Shown in pieces: positions 32,330-43,600 of a DNA stretch of 64,000 bases. A program made the position numbers and the translations under genes. Numbering within the stretch: position 1 is the stretch's first letter; each line of letters begins with the position of its first letter. The notes below the pieces were generated by a model. It made no database searches and had not been told where the DNA came from. It saw only the letters and a list, made by a program, of their open reading frames with translations. This DNA is from Bdellovibrionales bacterium (GTDB lineage Bacteria; Bdellovibrionota; Bdellovibrionia; Bdellovibrionales; UBA1609), in assembly GCA_965219095.1 (NCBI GenBank), contig CBDCMT010000001.1:2016001-2080000 (forward strand). The letters are read 5' to 3'.

Positions 32330-32697
32330 TGGAAAGCATGAAAATTTTTTTTTTTATTATTATAGCTCTTCTTGTAGGAGGCTTTATTTTTTCCTTTCAA
32401 AAAAAAACTTCTCACAACACACCTCCTAATTCTTATTTTCAAAAACTTATAATAAAAGAAGCAAGAAATCTAAAAAAGTGTTACTTAACTCGTCTGCAGA
32501 ATTTAAAAATAATAAAAGGTATTCTTCTAGCAGAAGTATCCTTTCACCCTGGGGGCTATATTAACTCTGTTCGCATTGTAAAAAGTGATTTTCAAGACTC
32601 TACCTTTCTTCGTTGCATTCAAACGGTTCTTTCTAGAGTTTCTTTAAGCCCTTTTAGGGGTTCTATGGTGAAAATTGTTTATCCTCTAAACTTTTAA
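32329..32697 (+). CDS. AgmX/PglI C-terminal (TonB C-terminal-like) domain membrane protein
   Basis: N-terminal TM, LKKCY...G...CI...YPLNF pattern. Confidence 0.65.
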   Translation: MESMKIFFFIIIALLVGGFIFSFQKKTSHNTPPNSYFQKLIIKEARNLKKCYLTRLQNLKIIKGILLAEVSFHPGGYINSVRIVKSDFQDSTFLRCIQTVLSRVSLSPFRGSMVKIVYPLNF

Positions 32698-32939
32698 AAG
32701 TGAGTTGAAAGGAGAATGAAATAGCTTAAAGGAGCTTTTAGATCGTTGAACAAAAACTTTCATTTAAAGCAGAAGACTGTATCTCTTCTCCTCTTTAAGC
32801 TCTTTGGGTTAATGAATCAACTTCTTGCTTCCCATCTTTTGATTATGGTGCTCAATCTTTTCTTTTAACAAATCTAAACTTTCTGACATACACAATTTGC
32901 CTCCTCAAAAGAACCTCCGAGAACCCACAGATTCTTTGT

Positions 32940-33158
32940 ACCCCTCTTGAAAAAACTTATTTAAGAGCTATGGCTACATTAGGTCCAGATGATCAAAAGT
33001 CAGGGGATATTGCTAAGGAAATGAAAAAAACTTCTCAGAAAGTAGCTCCAATTAGAGCAAGTTTAATGAGCAAAGGAATCATTTATAGCCCAGCTCACGG
33101 TGATAATAAATTTACCGTTCCCTTGTTTGATGAATTTATGAAAAGAGCTAATCCGTAA
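32940..33158 (+). pseudogene. C-terminal winged-helix remnant of an ATP-binding protein
   Basis: YLRAMA...SGDIA...RASLMSKGIIYSPAHG..FTVPLFDEF; starts at an ISL3 end remnant. Confidence 0.6.
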
Positions 33159-33259
33159 TCAGAGTGTCTTTTATTCTAGACTGTACTGAAAGAGACCCTG
33201 AATTAGCCCTTTAGTAAATGTCTATCAAAAAGTGAACTTCCCCTGTTTCTGCGGACAGT

Positions 33260-33485
33260 TTTTCGCTATCTTGTGGAAGATCATGGACTAATTTCAGTGC
33301 TACTCTTTCAAGCTGCATAGCAATAAGCTTGCGAATCTTCTCATGTTTATTTTTTACCATTTGTAACTGGGATTGATATTGTGTATCTTTCATTTGGGAC
33401 TCCTTTCTGGTTTGTTTATAATACCCTGAGTTTAGCTCAGGGGAGTCCCTTCTTCAAACCCTAACGACTTTACGGACAATCTCTC
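33260..33485 (-). pseudogene. Probable IS256-like left end and ORF start, truncated by an IS3 end
   Basis: Minus strand GAGAGATTGTCCGTAAAGTC resembles an IS256 IR; RBS and ATG at 33393; family assignment tentative. Confidence 0.4.
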
Positions 33486-33668
33486 ATCCATATGAGTATA
33501 AAAGAGTATTTTTTTTGAGATGAAAGGGAGAAATCAAGAGAAATTCATAAAATTAAAACTAAAAACTAGCCTTACAGTGTACTAAAACTTTACTTAAAGG
33601 CTATAATCTTTTAAGATTTTTATAAAAGATCATATATTTAAAAAAAGTAGAAAGCGGGGAAAAATCTT

Positions 33669-34625
33669 ATGAAATCCTTTTTATCGTCTTTGCAGGAAAA
33701 CAACCTCAACATCAGAAGAACTCATTTAGAAATCGTACAAGTAAATATAGGAAAAGTCTGTAACCAAGCCTGCTATCACTGTCATGTGGAATCAAGTCCT
33801 CAGAGAACAGAAAACATGGATCAAAAAACAGTGGATCGTTTAATCGATTTGATTAAAATCTCTCCCAGCTTTCATACTGTTGATATTACAGGAGGTGCTC
33901 CTGAGTTAAACCCTTACTTTAGGAAGCTTGTTTTAGCGTCTAAAGAAGCAGGAAAACATGTTATTGATCGCTGTAATCTTACAATTTTATTCGAACCAAG
34001 ACAGGAAGACACAGCTATTTTTCTCAGTGAAAACGAAGTTCAAATTGTAGCCTCTCTTCCTTGCTATTCTAAACAAAATGTAGAAAAGCAGAGAGGAAGA
34101 GGTGTTTTTAGTAAAAGCATACAAGCTCTAAAGCTACTCAATGACCTAGGTTATGGAAGAGATGAAAAGAAGATTCTTCATCTCGTCTATAACCCTATAG
34201 GAGCTTATCTGCCTCCTGATCAAAAAAAGCTGGAGAAAGATTATAAAAGAGAGTTAAAGGATTTATTTGATATTGATTTTAATAACCTTTACACCATTAC
34301 CAACATGCCCATTAAAAGATTTCTTCAAGATCTTCGGAAACAAGATCTTTATGAAGAGTATATGGATCTTTTGATTAAAAATTTTAACCCCAAAGCCACC
34401 CAAGCTATCATGTGTAAGAACCTTGTCTCCGTTGCTTATAACGGCGAGATATTTGATTGCGATTTTAACCAAATGTTGGAATTACCTTTAGGCTCGGGGA
34501 AAAAAACCATTTGGGATGTTGATTCTTTTGAAGAAGGGTTTGAAGGTAAAGGCATTTGCTTTTCATCTCATTGTTATGCCTGTACAGCAGGGAGTGGAAG
34601 TTCTTGTCAAGGGGTTACAGCTTGA
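33669..34625 (+). CDS. arsS: Radical SAM protein, ArsS/DUF3641 family
   Basis: CNQACYHC, DITGGAPE, IDRCNL, ASLPCY, DCDFNQM, HCYACTAGSGSSCQG. Confidence 0.88.
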   Translation: MKSFLSSLQENNLNIRRTHLEIVQVNIGKVCNQACYHCHVESSPQRTENMDQKTVDRLIDLIKISPSFHTVDITGGAPELNPYFRKLVLASKEAGKHVIDRCNLTILFEPRQEDTAIFLSENEVQIVASLPCYSKQNVEKQRGRGVFSKSIQALKLLNDLGYGRDEKKILHLVYNPIGAYLPPDQKKLEKDYKRELKDLFDIDFNNLYTITNMPIKRFLQDLRKQDLYEEYMDLLIKNFNPKATQAIMCKNLVSVAYNGEIFDCDFNQMLELPLGSGKKTIWDVDSFEEGFEGKGICFSSHCYACTAGSGSSCQGVTA

Positions 34626-34741
34626 AAAAAAGAGAATCATCTCAAAAAAATATGGGTTTTATCTATCGATAATAGTGGGAGACTTTGTTGTACACACCCT
34701 TTTAATACCTGATCAGAAAACAAAAAAGTAATAGAACAACG

Positions 34742-34815
34742 GTAAGTCGGTTTCTTAACAGCCCTTGACTTCTACTGAGGAGAGTATTTCTTAGATTTTA
34801 AAGGAGAAGTTTTTA
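34742..34815 (+). mobile_element. Isolated IS66 left-end remnant
   Basis: Near-identical to the reverse complement of 26395-26466. Confidence 0.75.
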
Positions 34816-35103
34816 TTTGTGATAGTTGCGACTTGAACCGAGGGGTTATTTTATATAACCTCTTGAAAACACTAAAAAGAGAATAAAAACAATAACTAAC
34901 ACTTCCTTGTTTCAGGCCAAATGCACACACTTTTTCACAGTTTTGGATAGTTAATCACGAACAAATCACGAACAAACTTCTCAAGAAAATGGTAGGGAGA
35001 ATAACAACCGACCAACATAACTATGTTATGTTGTACTAGGTTTATAAAAAAACAACCTTCAAAAGGATACATGGCTGTTTGTCAAGGAAGTGATATTTAA
35101 TCA

Positions 35104-35354
35104 CCTAAATTCGGGGCAAAAAATATCCACTACAAACATCCTAACATTTAAAATATCTTAAAACGGTCTTTCTTCTTCTAAGAAAAGACAAGATTTCTTG
35201 AAAAAGAAAGGGGTTTGCCATTGACTACTATCTGTAGTAGTGTATATATTATACATTATAGGAGGGGATATGAGCTTCATAAGAAAAATAAAAAAAGGCA
35301 ATAAAACTTAGTAAAATGACAACTGTAGTGTATATTTTTGACCCCGAATTTAGG
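35104..35354 (+). mobile_element. 251-bp IS1634-derived MITE
   Basis: Both IRs present, TTAATCA on both flanks, only 13 codons of transposase (MSFIRKIKKGNKT); absent from the paralogous locus near 53255. Confidence 0.88.
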
Positions 35355-35405
35355 TTAATCAGTTACACAATTTAATTTACAGACTCATAATACAGTTTTC
35401 TGACT

Positions 35406-36896
35406 TTACTTTTTCAATCCAGTCCTTCTGAGAAATTCTACTACATCAAAATGTCCTTTTGCTTTCGCCAACATAAGTGCTGTCCTTCCCTTATTATCTT
35501 TAGCATTTACATTTGAAACTTTAGAAAGAAACTCTACAATATCGAGATGTCCGTAACGTGCTGCGAACATAAATGCTGTCCATCCGTCATTATCTTTAGC
35601 ATTTACAGCTAAACCTTTAACTTTAAAAAGAATCCTTACAATATCGAGATGTCCTACTCTTGCGGCCCACATAAATGCTGTCATTCCCTTATTATTTTTA
35701 GCATTTACAGCTAAACCTTTAACTTTAGAAAGAAGCTCTACAATATTGAGATGTCCGTAATATGTTGCATATATAAGTGCTGTCCATCCGTCATTATCTT
35801 TAGCATTTACATCTAAACCTTTAACTTTAGAAAGAAGCTCTACAATATCGAAATATCCTTCTCTTGCTGCATGCATAAGTGCTGTCATTCCGTATTTATC
35901 TTTAGCATTTACAGCTAAACCTTTAACTTTAGAAAGAAGCTCTACAATATTGAGATGTCCGTAATATGCTGCATGCATAAGTGCTGTCCATCCGTATTTA
36001 TCTTTAGCATTTACATCTAAACCTTTAACTTTAGAAAGAAGCTCTACAATATTGAGATGTCCGTAATATGTTGCATATATAAGTGCTGTCCATCCGTCAT
36101 TATCTTTAGCATTTACATCTAAACCTTTAACTTTAGAAAGAAGCTCTACAATATCGAAATATCCTTCTCTTGCTGCATGCATAAGTGCTGTCATTCCGTA
36201 TTTATCTTTAGCATTTACAGCTAAACCTTTAACTTTAGAAAGAAGCTCTACAATATTGAGATGTCCGTAATATGCTGCATGCATAAGTGCTGTCCATCCG
36301 TATTTATCTTTAGCATTTACAGCTAAACCTTTAACTTTAGAAAGAAGCTCTACAATATTGAGATGTCCGTAATATGTTGCATATATAAGTGCTGTCCATC
36401 CGTCATTATCTTTAGCATTTATTACTGAAAATTCGAGAAGAAACTTTACAAGATTTGAATCTCCTTTCTTTACTGCATCTATAAGTTTACCTCCTTTTAA
36501 ATTAGCACCATTCCTATTAAGAGCTTTAGCAAAACTTAAATCCCCATTTTTTATTGCTTTCGTAAGTGCATTTTGTGCTGGTTCATTATTCGCATCAGCT
36601 TTGTGTGATAAAAGAAGTTCTGCCATTTTTTTGCGACCAGAATTAAGAGCATATGCCAACATAGTTTCATTTTCATAACCAATCTTATAATTCACAGGTA
36701 TTTCAGCTTGACACTGTTCTAATATTTTTCTGAAAATATTAATTCTTCCTTTGGAAATAATTTTTCTTAACTCTTTTTTGAAGTATTTAGAGCAATCCAC
36801 ATCTTCAGAAAAAGCAGGAAAGCTTAAGCTTATTAAAGCTCCCATAGCAAATAAAGCTATTAAAGCTTTCCTTATATTATTGTTATTTGGTTTCAT
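35406..36896 (-). CDS. Secreted ankyrin-repeat protein, copy 1 (intact)
   Basis: RBS AGGAGG, Sec signal ending PAFS, ten NAK..G.TA...A...GH..IV..L repeats (mostly 34 aa). Confidence 0.95.
   Translation of the reverse strand: MKPNNNNIRKALIALFAMGALISLSFPAFSEDVDCSKYFKKELRKIISKGRINIFRKILEQCQAEIPVNYKIGYENETMLAYALNSGRKKMAELLLSHKADANNEPAQNALTKAIKNGDLSFAKALNRNGANLKGGKLIDAVKKGDSNLVKFLLEFSVINAKDNDGWTALIYATYYGHLNIVELLSKVKGLAVNAKDKYGWTALMHAAYYGHLNIVELLSKVKGLAVNAKDKYGMTALMHAAREGYFDIVELLSKVKGLDVNAKDNDGWTALIYATYYGHLNIVELLSKVKGLDVNAKDKYGWTALMHAAYYGHLNIVELLSKVKGLAVNAKDKYGMTALMHAAREGYFDIVELLSKVKGLDVNAKDNDGWTALIYATYYGHLNIVELLSKVKGLAVNAKNNKGMTAFMWAARVGHLDIVRILFKVKGLAVNAKDNDGWTAFMFAARYGHLDIVEFLSKVSNVNAKDNKGRTALMLAKAKGHFDVVEFLRRTGLKK
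35480..36420. repeat. 102-bp tandem repeat array with a 306-bp higher-order unit
   Basis: The same sequence recurs at 35761, 36067 and 36373 (spacing 306). Confidence 0.92.
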
Positions 36897-37372
36897 AACA
36901 TCCTCCTTTTATTTGTGAAAGATATTTATTTCGAATAGCTATCTTTCATTTTTTTGTTTTTAAGTCCTATTTTCTTATATTGTTAGGTAGGACTTCTAAC
37001 TCTTCTAAAATTATATATAGCAAAAACTATTCCAAGCTTAACTCCTTATTATTTAAAGCTGAGCCTCTAAGACTGTAAAAAAAATTCAAAAGGTGACAAA
37101 AATTGTCACCTACTCCTTTAAAACGTTATAGACTTCCAGTCTGGCCTTGTTTTCATAATCATTAAAATGAGTCTATCATAAAGAAGTTAAAAACACAAAC
37201 TATTTTTTAAAACTATAAAAACTGTATAAATTTTTCATAGTGATGTAATTTTTACCTTTCAAAAAGGAGAAAAGAGAACTTCTTTTTAAGAATGGGTCCG
37301 ACTTCAACGTTTTCCACTACTCTGTAAAAGCCCATTTTTCGAGAGTCTTTTTCACATCTTGTCGAAGTCAGG

Positions 37373-37506
37373 AGCTCATATTAATCAAAGCAAGAGTAAG
37401 ACATCCTGTCTTGTATTTTTGAGTTCTTTGAGGCCTTACTGGCCTCTATCACCTCCGGTGATTGAACTCAAAAACATTCATTTTATTTGCTGTATTACAT
37501 TAAAAT
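37373..37506 (+). mobile_element. Isolated ISL3 non-coding leader segment (no IR, no transposase)
   Basis: Near-identical to about 22662-22806. Confidence 0.8.
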
Positions 37507-37724
37507 CTTAAAGAAAGAGAAGAAAAGGTGCGGAATGAAAAAACAAGAATCCTGAGGGTTCCTAGAAAAACCTTTTTTAAATTGAAAGATTAATTAGGTA
37601 ATATAAAGTAAAGATATTGATCTGTTTTCTTTAAATTTCTCTAAAAACCAAGCTATTGTTTTCATATATGCACGTTTTTAAGAATCTGTTTGAAATAAAT
37701 ACAGACTTGAATGCTATTTGAATG

Positions 37725-37836
37725 TTGCATATTTGTTACAAATTTGCATATATGTTACAAATGTAACAGATCTGTTACAAATTTGCATATATGTTACAAA
37801 TGTATCGGATTCAGCAAATTTGTAACAAATATGCAA
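37725..37836. repeat. Direct and inverted TGTTACA repeat cluster (iteron/oriT/operator-like)
   Basis: 32-bp direct repeat 37734-37765 and 37773-37804; 23-bp IR 37725-37747 and 37814-37836; 18-bp palindrome 37762-37779. Confidence 0.85.
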
Positions 37837-37940
37837 ATTTTCAAAAAAAAATAAGAAAAACTTTTTTTTTCATTTAAAACTTTATTGTAGCAAAAGGTTT
37901 TATAAAAGAGTCTTTTTTATAAAACCAAAAAGAAAGGAGT

Positions 37941-38662
37941 ATGTATGAAGCAAAGAACAAAAAAAGAGTTTTTATGAAGATAGAAGCACCTCAAAAACTT
38001 GCAGGCTTAAAAGCTCAAATCCAAACCCTTACTTCTCCAGAATTTAAAAACTCCTCTATACATGAAGCAAAAGAAATCGATCTCCTGGATGTTATGAAAA
38101 AAAATCAAATAGCCTATTTCCAGTTGAATTTAAACGGCTATGGTTTTTTAGGTAAGAAAATCGGTAAAATTCTAGTTCAAGACCTAAAGGTTATAAGCTC
38201 TCAAATTCAATCAGGACAGGTGGATTTTAAGCCTCTGTTTTTAGGGGTCTTAATTGATGAATTTGGATCTTTTGCTACACCTGATTTTTCGGATTTTTTA
38301 AAGCAAGTGAGATCTGCTGGTATAGGAGTTCACTTATTTTGCCAAGGCTTAGCTGATTTAAATGTTGTAAGTCAGAGTTTTAGCAATCAAGTGTTGGAAA
38401 ATACAGCCACTAAAACCGTACTTCGACAAGATGTGAAGAGGACTCTCGAAAAATGGGCTTCTACAGCCGGCACTATGGACACTGTAGGTAGGAGTTTTCA
38501 GGTCAGTGAATCGCATTCTGGAGAGGTTGAAAAAACAGGCTTAGGGAATCTTTTTGAGACCAAAAAAATGAAGATCGAACATGATGTTTTTAAGAACTTA
38601 AAAGTAGGTCAGGCTGTACTCATTGATAAGATCAAAACCTCACAAGATTTGTTTCAAATTTT
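37941..38662 (+). pseudogene. TraD/VirD4-type coupling protein, C-terminal domain fragment
   Basis: Walker B LIDEF, RSAGIGVHLFCQGLADL, VLENTATKTVLR, FKNLKVGQAV; no TM or Walker A; cut by ISL3 at 38663. Confidence 0.82.
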
Positions 38663-40168
38663 GCATCCTCGAAAGAATCTGTGGGTTCCCGGAGGTTCTG
38701 GCAGTTTTCCAAGGTTATGATATAAGGCGATTTTTATAGCTTTAGAGGTTCTAAAGCCGTAAGATTTTCTCATAGTGAGTTTTACTTTGTTGTTTAAACC
38801 CTCTACAATCCCTGAGGAGAAGGTTTTTTTAGCCTTGAAGTAATTAAGAATAAGTAGCTTATGTCTTTGTATGGTTTTTGCTTTTCTTTTCATAGGTTCA
38901 ATTTTTGAAAGCATGACTCGTCTCGTCCAACTGTCTATAAATTTACCAGCCCAAGTTGGTGGAACATAGGTCCATAACTGTCGGAAGTCTTCTTTTAAAA
39001 AATAACAGCGGATACTTTTTAAATTGTACTGTATTAAATGCCTTAATTTTACTTTTTCATAAGATTTTAAATTTTCTGCATTTTTTAACAAGGGCCATCT
39101 AGCTTTTGTTAAAAGGGGTTCATACCCGTCTTCTTTCATTTTTTTGTGTTCTGAAGCTCTCACTTCATCTAAAGCCTTATTGAGTCTTGCTACGATATGA
39201 AACCGATCTAATATGTGTAAAGCTCCACTTGCCCTCTCCTTTATGACTTTTAAATAAGGCTTCCACATATCAGAACACACAAACCGTATATCTTTTGACT
39301 TCTCTCCTAGTAAATCAAAGAATTTTCTAAAACTCTTTTCTGTTCTTTTTTCTCCTATCCACAACAAGCGTACACGGGTTTTGCTTATTTCATAGACTAA
39401 GGTGAGATACTGATGGTTCTTTTTCCATTGTATTTCATCTACACCTATAGCTTGTATTCCCTTTAAAACCCTTTGTTTTAAACCATATTCTACGACCCAT
39501 TCTACCGAAGCATAGACCTGATTCCAACTGACATGAAACTTACAAGAAACCTCTTTCCAAGACAGGTGACGACACCAGTCTGCTAAGTACTTCATGTAAA
39601 AGATCGTTAAACTCTTCTTACCATCGGCCCAAGGTAAATACTCAACTTTTACCCCACAGCAAGGACAATTAACTCTTCTTACAAAATAAACAAAAAACAC
39701 CCTGTAACTTAAAATAGGAAGGGATTCAAAGTCCCGTGATGATTTACTGCTGTCATACACTGAACAGGGCTTCTTACAAACACTACAAAAAGCTTGGCCA
39801 TTTTTACGAGCCTTAATAGGAACATTAATTGACTTTCTATCTTTTGAAAAATAAATGTCTCCGTATACAAAAGACTTCCATCTTAAACAATCATTTAGTA
39901 TAGTCTTCAAAAGCATCTCTTCCCTCCTTTTTTTTTTTTGAATAACATTTTAAGGCATCTGGGAAGTAGGTGCTTCTTTTTTAAAATTTTAATGTAACAC
40001 AACAAATAAAAGAATGTTTTTGAGTTCAATCACCGGAGGTGATAGAGGCCAGTAAGGCCTCAAAGAACTCAAAAATACAAGATAGAATGTCTTACTCTTG
40101 CTTTGATTAATATGAGCCTTTTTGGGGGATTTCTACTACTTTTCACCCACAGATTCCCGGGAGGAGCC
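38663..40168 (-). mobile_element. ISL3 copy 2 (transposase 38654-39916, stop codon mutated to CGA)
   Basis: Near-identical to copy 1; flanks differ from each other. Confidence 0.95.
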
Positions 40169-40245
40169 ATATAAATTAAGGGTGGTTTAAAAACCGAGTT
40201 ACGGAAGATCAGTCATGCCAGCGAAGATTAAAGAAAAGTTCAGAG

Positions 40246-40311
40246 GCCTTATATCATAACCTTGGAAAACTGCCAGAACCTCCGGGAACCCACAGATTCT
40301 TTTGAGGAGGC
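40246..40311 (+). mobile_element. ISL3 right-end fragment (an IS66 right end lies just upstream, ending 40202)
   Basis: Matches the last 65 bp or so of the ISL3 copies. Confidence 0.85.
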
Positions 40312-40606
40312 AATTTTTTAAACCTTTCTCAATGATTTGGTTTTTAATGACTTACTTTTCTTGCTTGACTGCCTGGTCATCCAGTATGAGTATATTGGTG
40401 TGTTTACTTACAAATGAAGGTTGGAAACAATTGAAGTTTTTACATAAGTTTTACAAACTATAGCCCTTATAGAATCAATTTAATTAGCCCATCCTTATTT
40501 TTATTGACAAATTAAAAATTATAGCTTACTTTATTGATTATTGATTTTGAAAACTCCTCTAATTCTCTAAAATTTTTTAGGCTTTTAGAAAGTTTACAGA
40601 TAGGGA

Positions 40607-43600
40607 ATGAATATAGAAAATGAAAAGAAACGACAAAAAAAGAATAAAACAAGAAAGGGATCAGAATTTTTGAGCCTTAAATTGAATGTAAAAATTTTTA
40701 CTATTTTTTTGAGTTTTTATAGTGCCTTTTTTCTTTATTCAAAGCCTCTTTTTTCACAAACTTTAGGTCTTCCCCTTTCAGAGTTCTACCTTCATTTATC
40801 TGAAGATCTTGTTTGCGATAAAGAGACGAAAAATATTTGTGAAAAATTTGAATTTTATAAAAAGGAGATTGCCGAACATCATAATGGACTTATTGACAGA
40901 GAAAAGCTCCAAATCTTAGCGAGAGAGTCTAGAGAGAAAATTGACTTTTCCTTATTTAACCCTCAGGAAAGTAAGATATGGAAGAACAAAAAAAGGGATG
41001 AAGTTGAAAAACCTCTTCTCTCAAATGACGAAACTGTACGTTACTTAAGTTTCGTTCCTATTTACATAGGTCTTTCTGGATTTCTTGTAGAAACTAAAGC
41101 TAAAAAAAGATACCTTATTGTTTTTGGGCGTAATGCTCATAATATTCTCCTAAGAAAAGCTCTTTTAAAAAGATTAGGATATAAAACTCCTCCTTACCAG
41201 CATGTAAAAAAAATGAAAGTAAAATTTAATTCTTCTAACAGGTGGAAACTATTTACTAAAAATGTTCAAAGGAAAATGAAAGCTATCAATATTGACAGAT
41301 GGATTACAAATATTGATAGAAGAGACATGGAGAAAAACAACAACAAAAATGATCCTTTAAAATCAAATTGGAAACTTAAAGAACAAAGTCCTGAAAACCT
41401 ACTTATTTTTCAAGATGTCTTAGTGACCTCAGAAAAAAATGACTTTTACGACCTTGCTCAAGGACCTCCTATAAGTAAAAACAGACCTCTTGTTAAAGAC
41501 AGACGGGTTTTTAGAAGTCTCCTTATCCCTTACAGCCTTGTAGATATTCCTGAAACTTTAAACAAATGGCAATGGAATATGGGTCAAGAATTTAACAATA
41601 AAATTTTGTTTCCTAGTAAGTTTGAAGAGTTTTTTCAAACTTCTTATTCTGATGGAAAATGGATAGCTCGCAAAATTTTAAAACTAAAAAGAGAAGATTT
41701 TGAAAAAATTGCAAAAGAAGGGGTCTTTCCTAGATCTGTAGAGCTTTTAGCTGTAGAAAAACTTATTTCTAGAAGAAATTCTCTTTGTAGCATTTTTTTT
41801 CCTCAAGATAAAAATTGCATAAAAGATGTTAATATAAAAGTTACTGATCCTGAAGATCCTGAGTTGCTTAAAGAGGGAATTTTACTTAAAAATACAAGAG
41901 AAGGAAAGTATGATGATGAAAACAGTTGGTGGATTGGTTATGGATCAAGGTTTTCTTATGGAGCTGATGAATCCCCTCTTTCTCAAAAGGAAATTTTTTC
42001 TTTTGTTAAATCTCAATTTTTTTCAAACATCCTTTCTAATTTTATAACAGAGGTCAACACAGACATCCTTCCTAACTCTCAAGATAATTTACAGGAAGAA
42101 GCTCGAAAGCAGTACATAGAAGACTTTACCAAACAATTCAATGATGATCTTAATGCTCTTGAAAGAGGAGAAAGAACAAAGCCACCAAGAGATCGTTTAA
42201 AGTCTTTTAAAACTTGGACTAAGGAGATGTTTGGCTTTCGTCTTAATGCTGGCCGGGATGTGATTTTTGGAAACTATCAAGGAACTGATAATCAGATTCA
42301 GCTTGTTCATAGTTTTGGATGGGCTATGGATTTAGGCCTTTTTCTAGGCTCTCATGGAGGTCCTCGAGATTTAGGAGTTTTTGGTAATTTAGGTCTTTCT
42401 TATGGGGAAAACTATATTCACATAACTCCTACCAAAAGTGTTGAAGCAGCAAATAAAATGCCTTATCGCAATATCTTTGTAAACTTCACTATGGAAAAAA
42501 TAAGTCGAGGTTTCGAAAATTTTAGACAAGAAAACCCAGAATTGATCCATTTAGATTTTTTTGATTTAAAAAAGAAAAGTAGGGAGGAACAAAAAGACTT
42601 AAAAGAAAAGGGAAAAAAATTCATTGAAAAGATGAGTAAAACTTTAGAAAAGAATTTGAAAGTAGGAGAATCTTTTCTTATGATAAGAAATATAGGTCCT
42701 TTTTCTGCTTTAAACGCACTCCTTTCTTTGGGACATGAAATGACCCTTTCAACTCAAATCAGAAAACAAATTCAAGAACTCGATCGTATTCATATCTTTA
42801 GAAAAAGCCAAAAAGAAGTTCAAGTTTATATTTCTAATGGTCATAGCTCTGGTTGGGGGTTTACCGTTCAGTTCAAAAAATTTATACCTATTTTCACTTA
42901 TCGTTATAACTATGTAAAATCAGCTAAACCTTTTGAAACAAATTTTTTTAAACTTAACATGGAACTAAACCAGGAAGAGAACCCTCAGATCACTGAAAAT
43001 CTCATAGTTCTTGAGAAACTTTTTAGCTCTCCCTTCTATGATGAGGATAATCTTTTCGAACTTAGTCGGTTACAATCTCCTGTGAAAATCTCTCACAATT
43101 TTGAAGAGTCTACGCAGAGCATAGATTTTTTATGGATGAACCATGTTAAACTTCAGCAATTTGATAAAATTAAAGTAGAGGAAAAAGCAGGAGAAGAAAA
43201 TTTTGAAAAAGACTACTTTATAGTCTCTTCAGGAAAACGTTCTGGAGACAACTATCAAAAATTATCTCTTAATATAGCTAACTATATCATTCAAGACTTA
43301 AGGGATGGTAAAGATGACATAATTTTAAATTTTAATAACACAAGTCGTCCTTCAGAAACTATTTTCGGTAAATCCACATCAAGAGAAATCACTTTAGAAG
43401 GTGTGTTAAAACCAAAGGCCATTGAAGAGCCTTTTCTAAAACTCACCTACACTTGGAAGGGTTGGAGTTCTTCAAAACAAAAAGCAGAAAAGATCTTTAA
43501 AGAGATTAATGACTTTCAAAGCTCTCTTAGAAGAAAAACAAACTTAGAAGCCTTACCTATAGAAAGATTTAACATGACAAAAGAGCTTCAGCTTTATTCT

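Noticed and set aside
33669..34625. Selenocysteine-containing ArsS or an arsenic cluster
   Set aside because: The C-terminal motif uses Cys (SSCQG), and no arsM or other partner genes are adjacent.
35480..36420. Possible CRISPR array or DGR template/variable repeat
   Set aside because: Repeats are in-frame 102-bp ankyrin coding units with no unique spacers; no cas or reverse transcriptase gene in the window.
37725..37836. Mini CRISPR (32-bp repeat)
   Set aside because: Only two units separated by 7 bp; no spacer-sized unique sequence.
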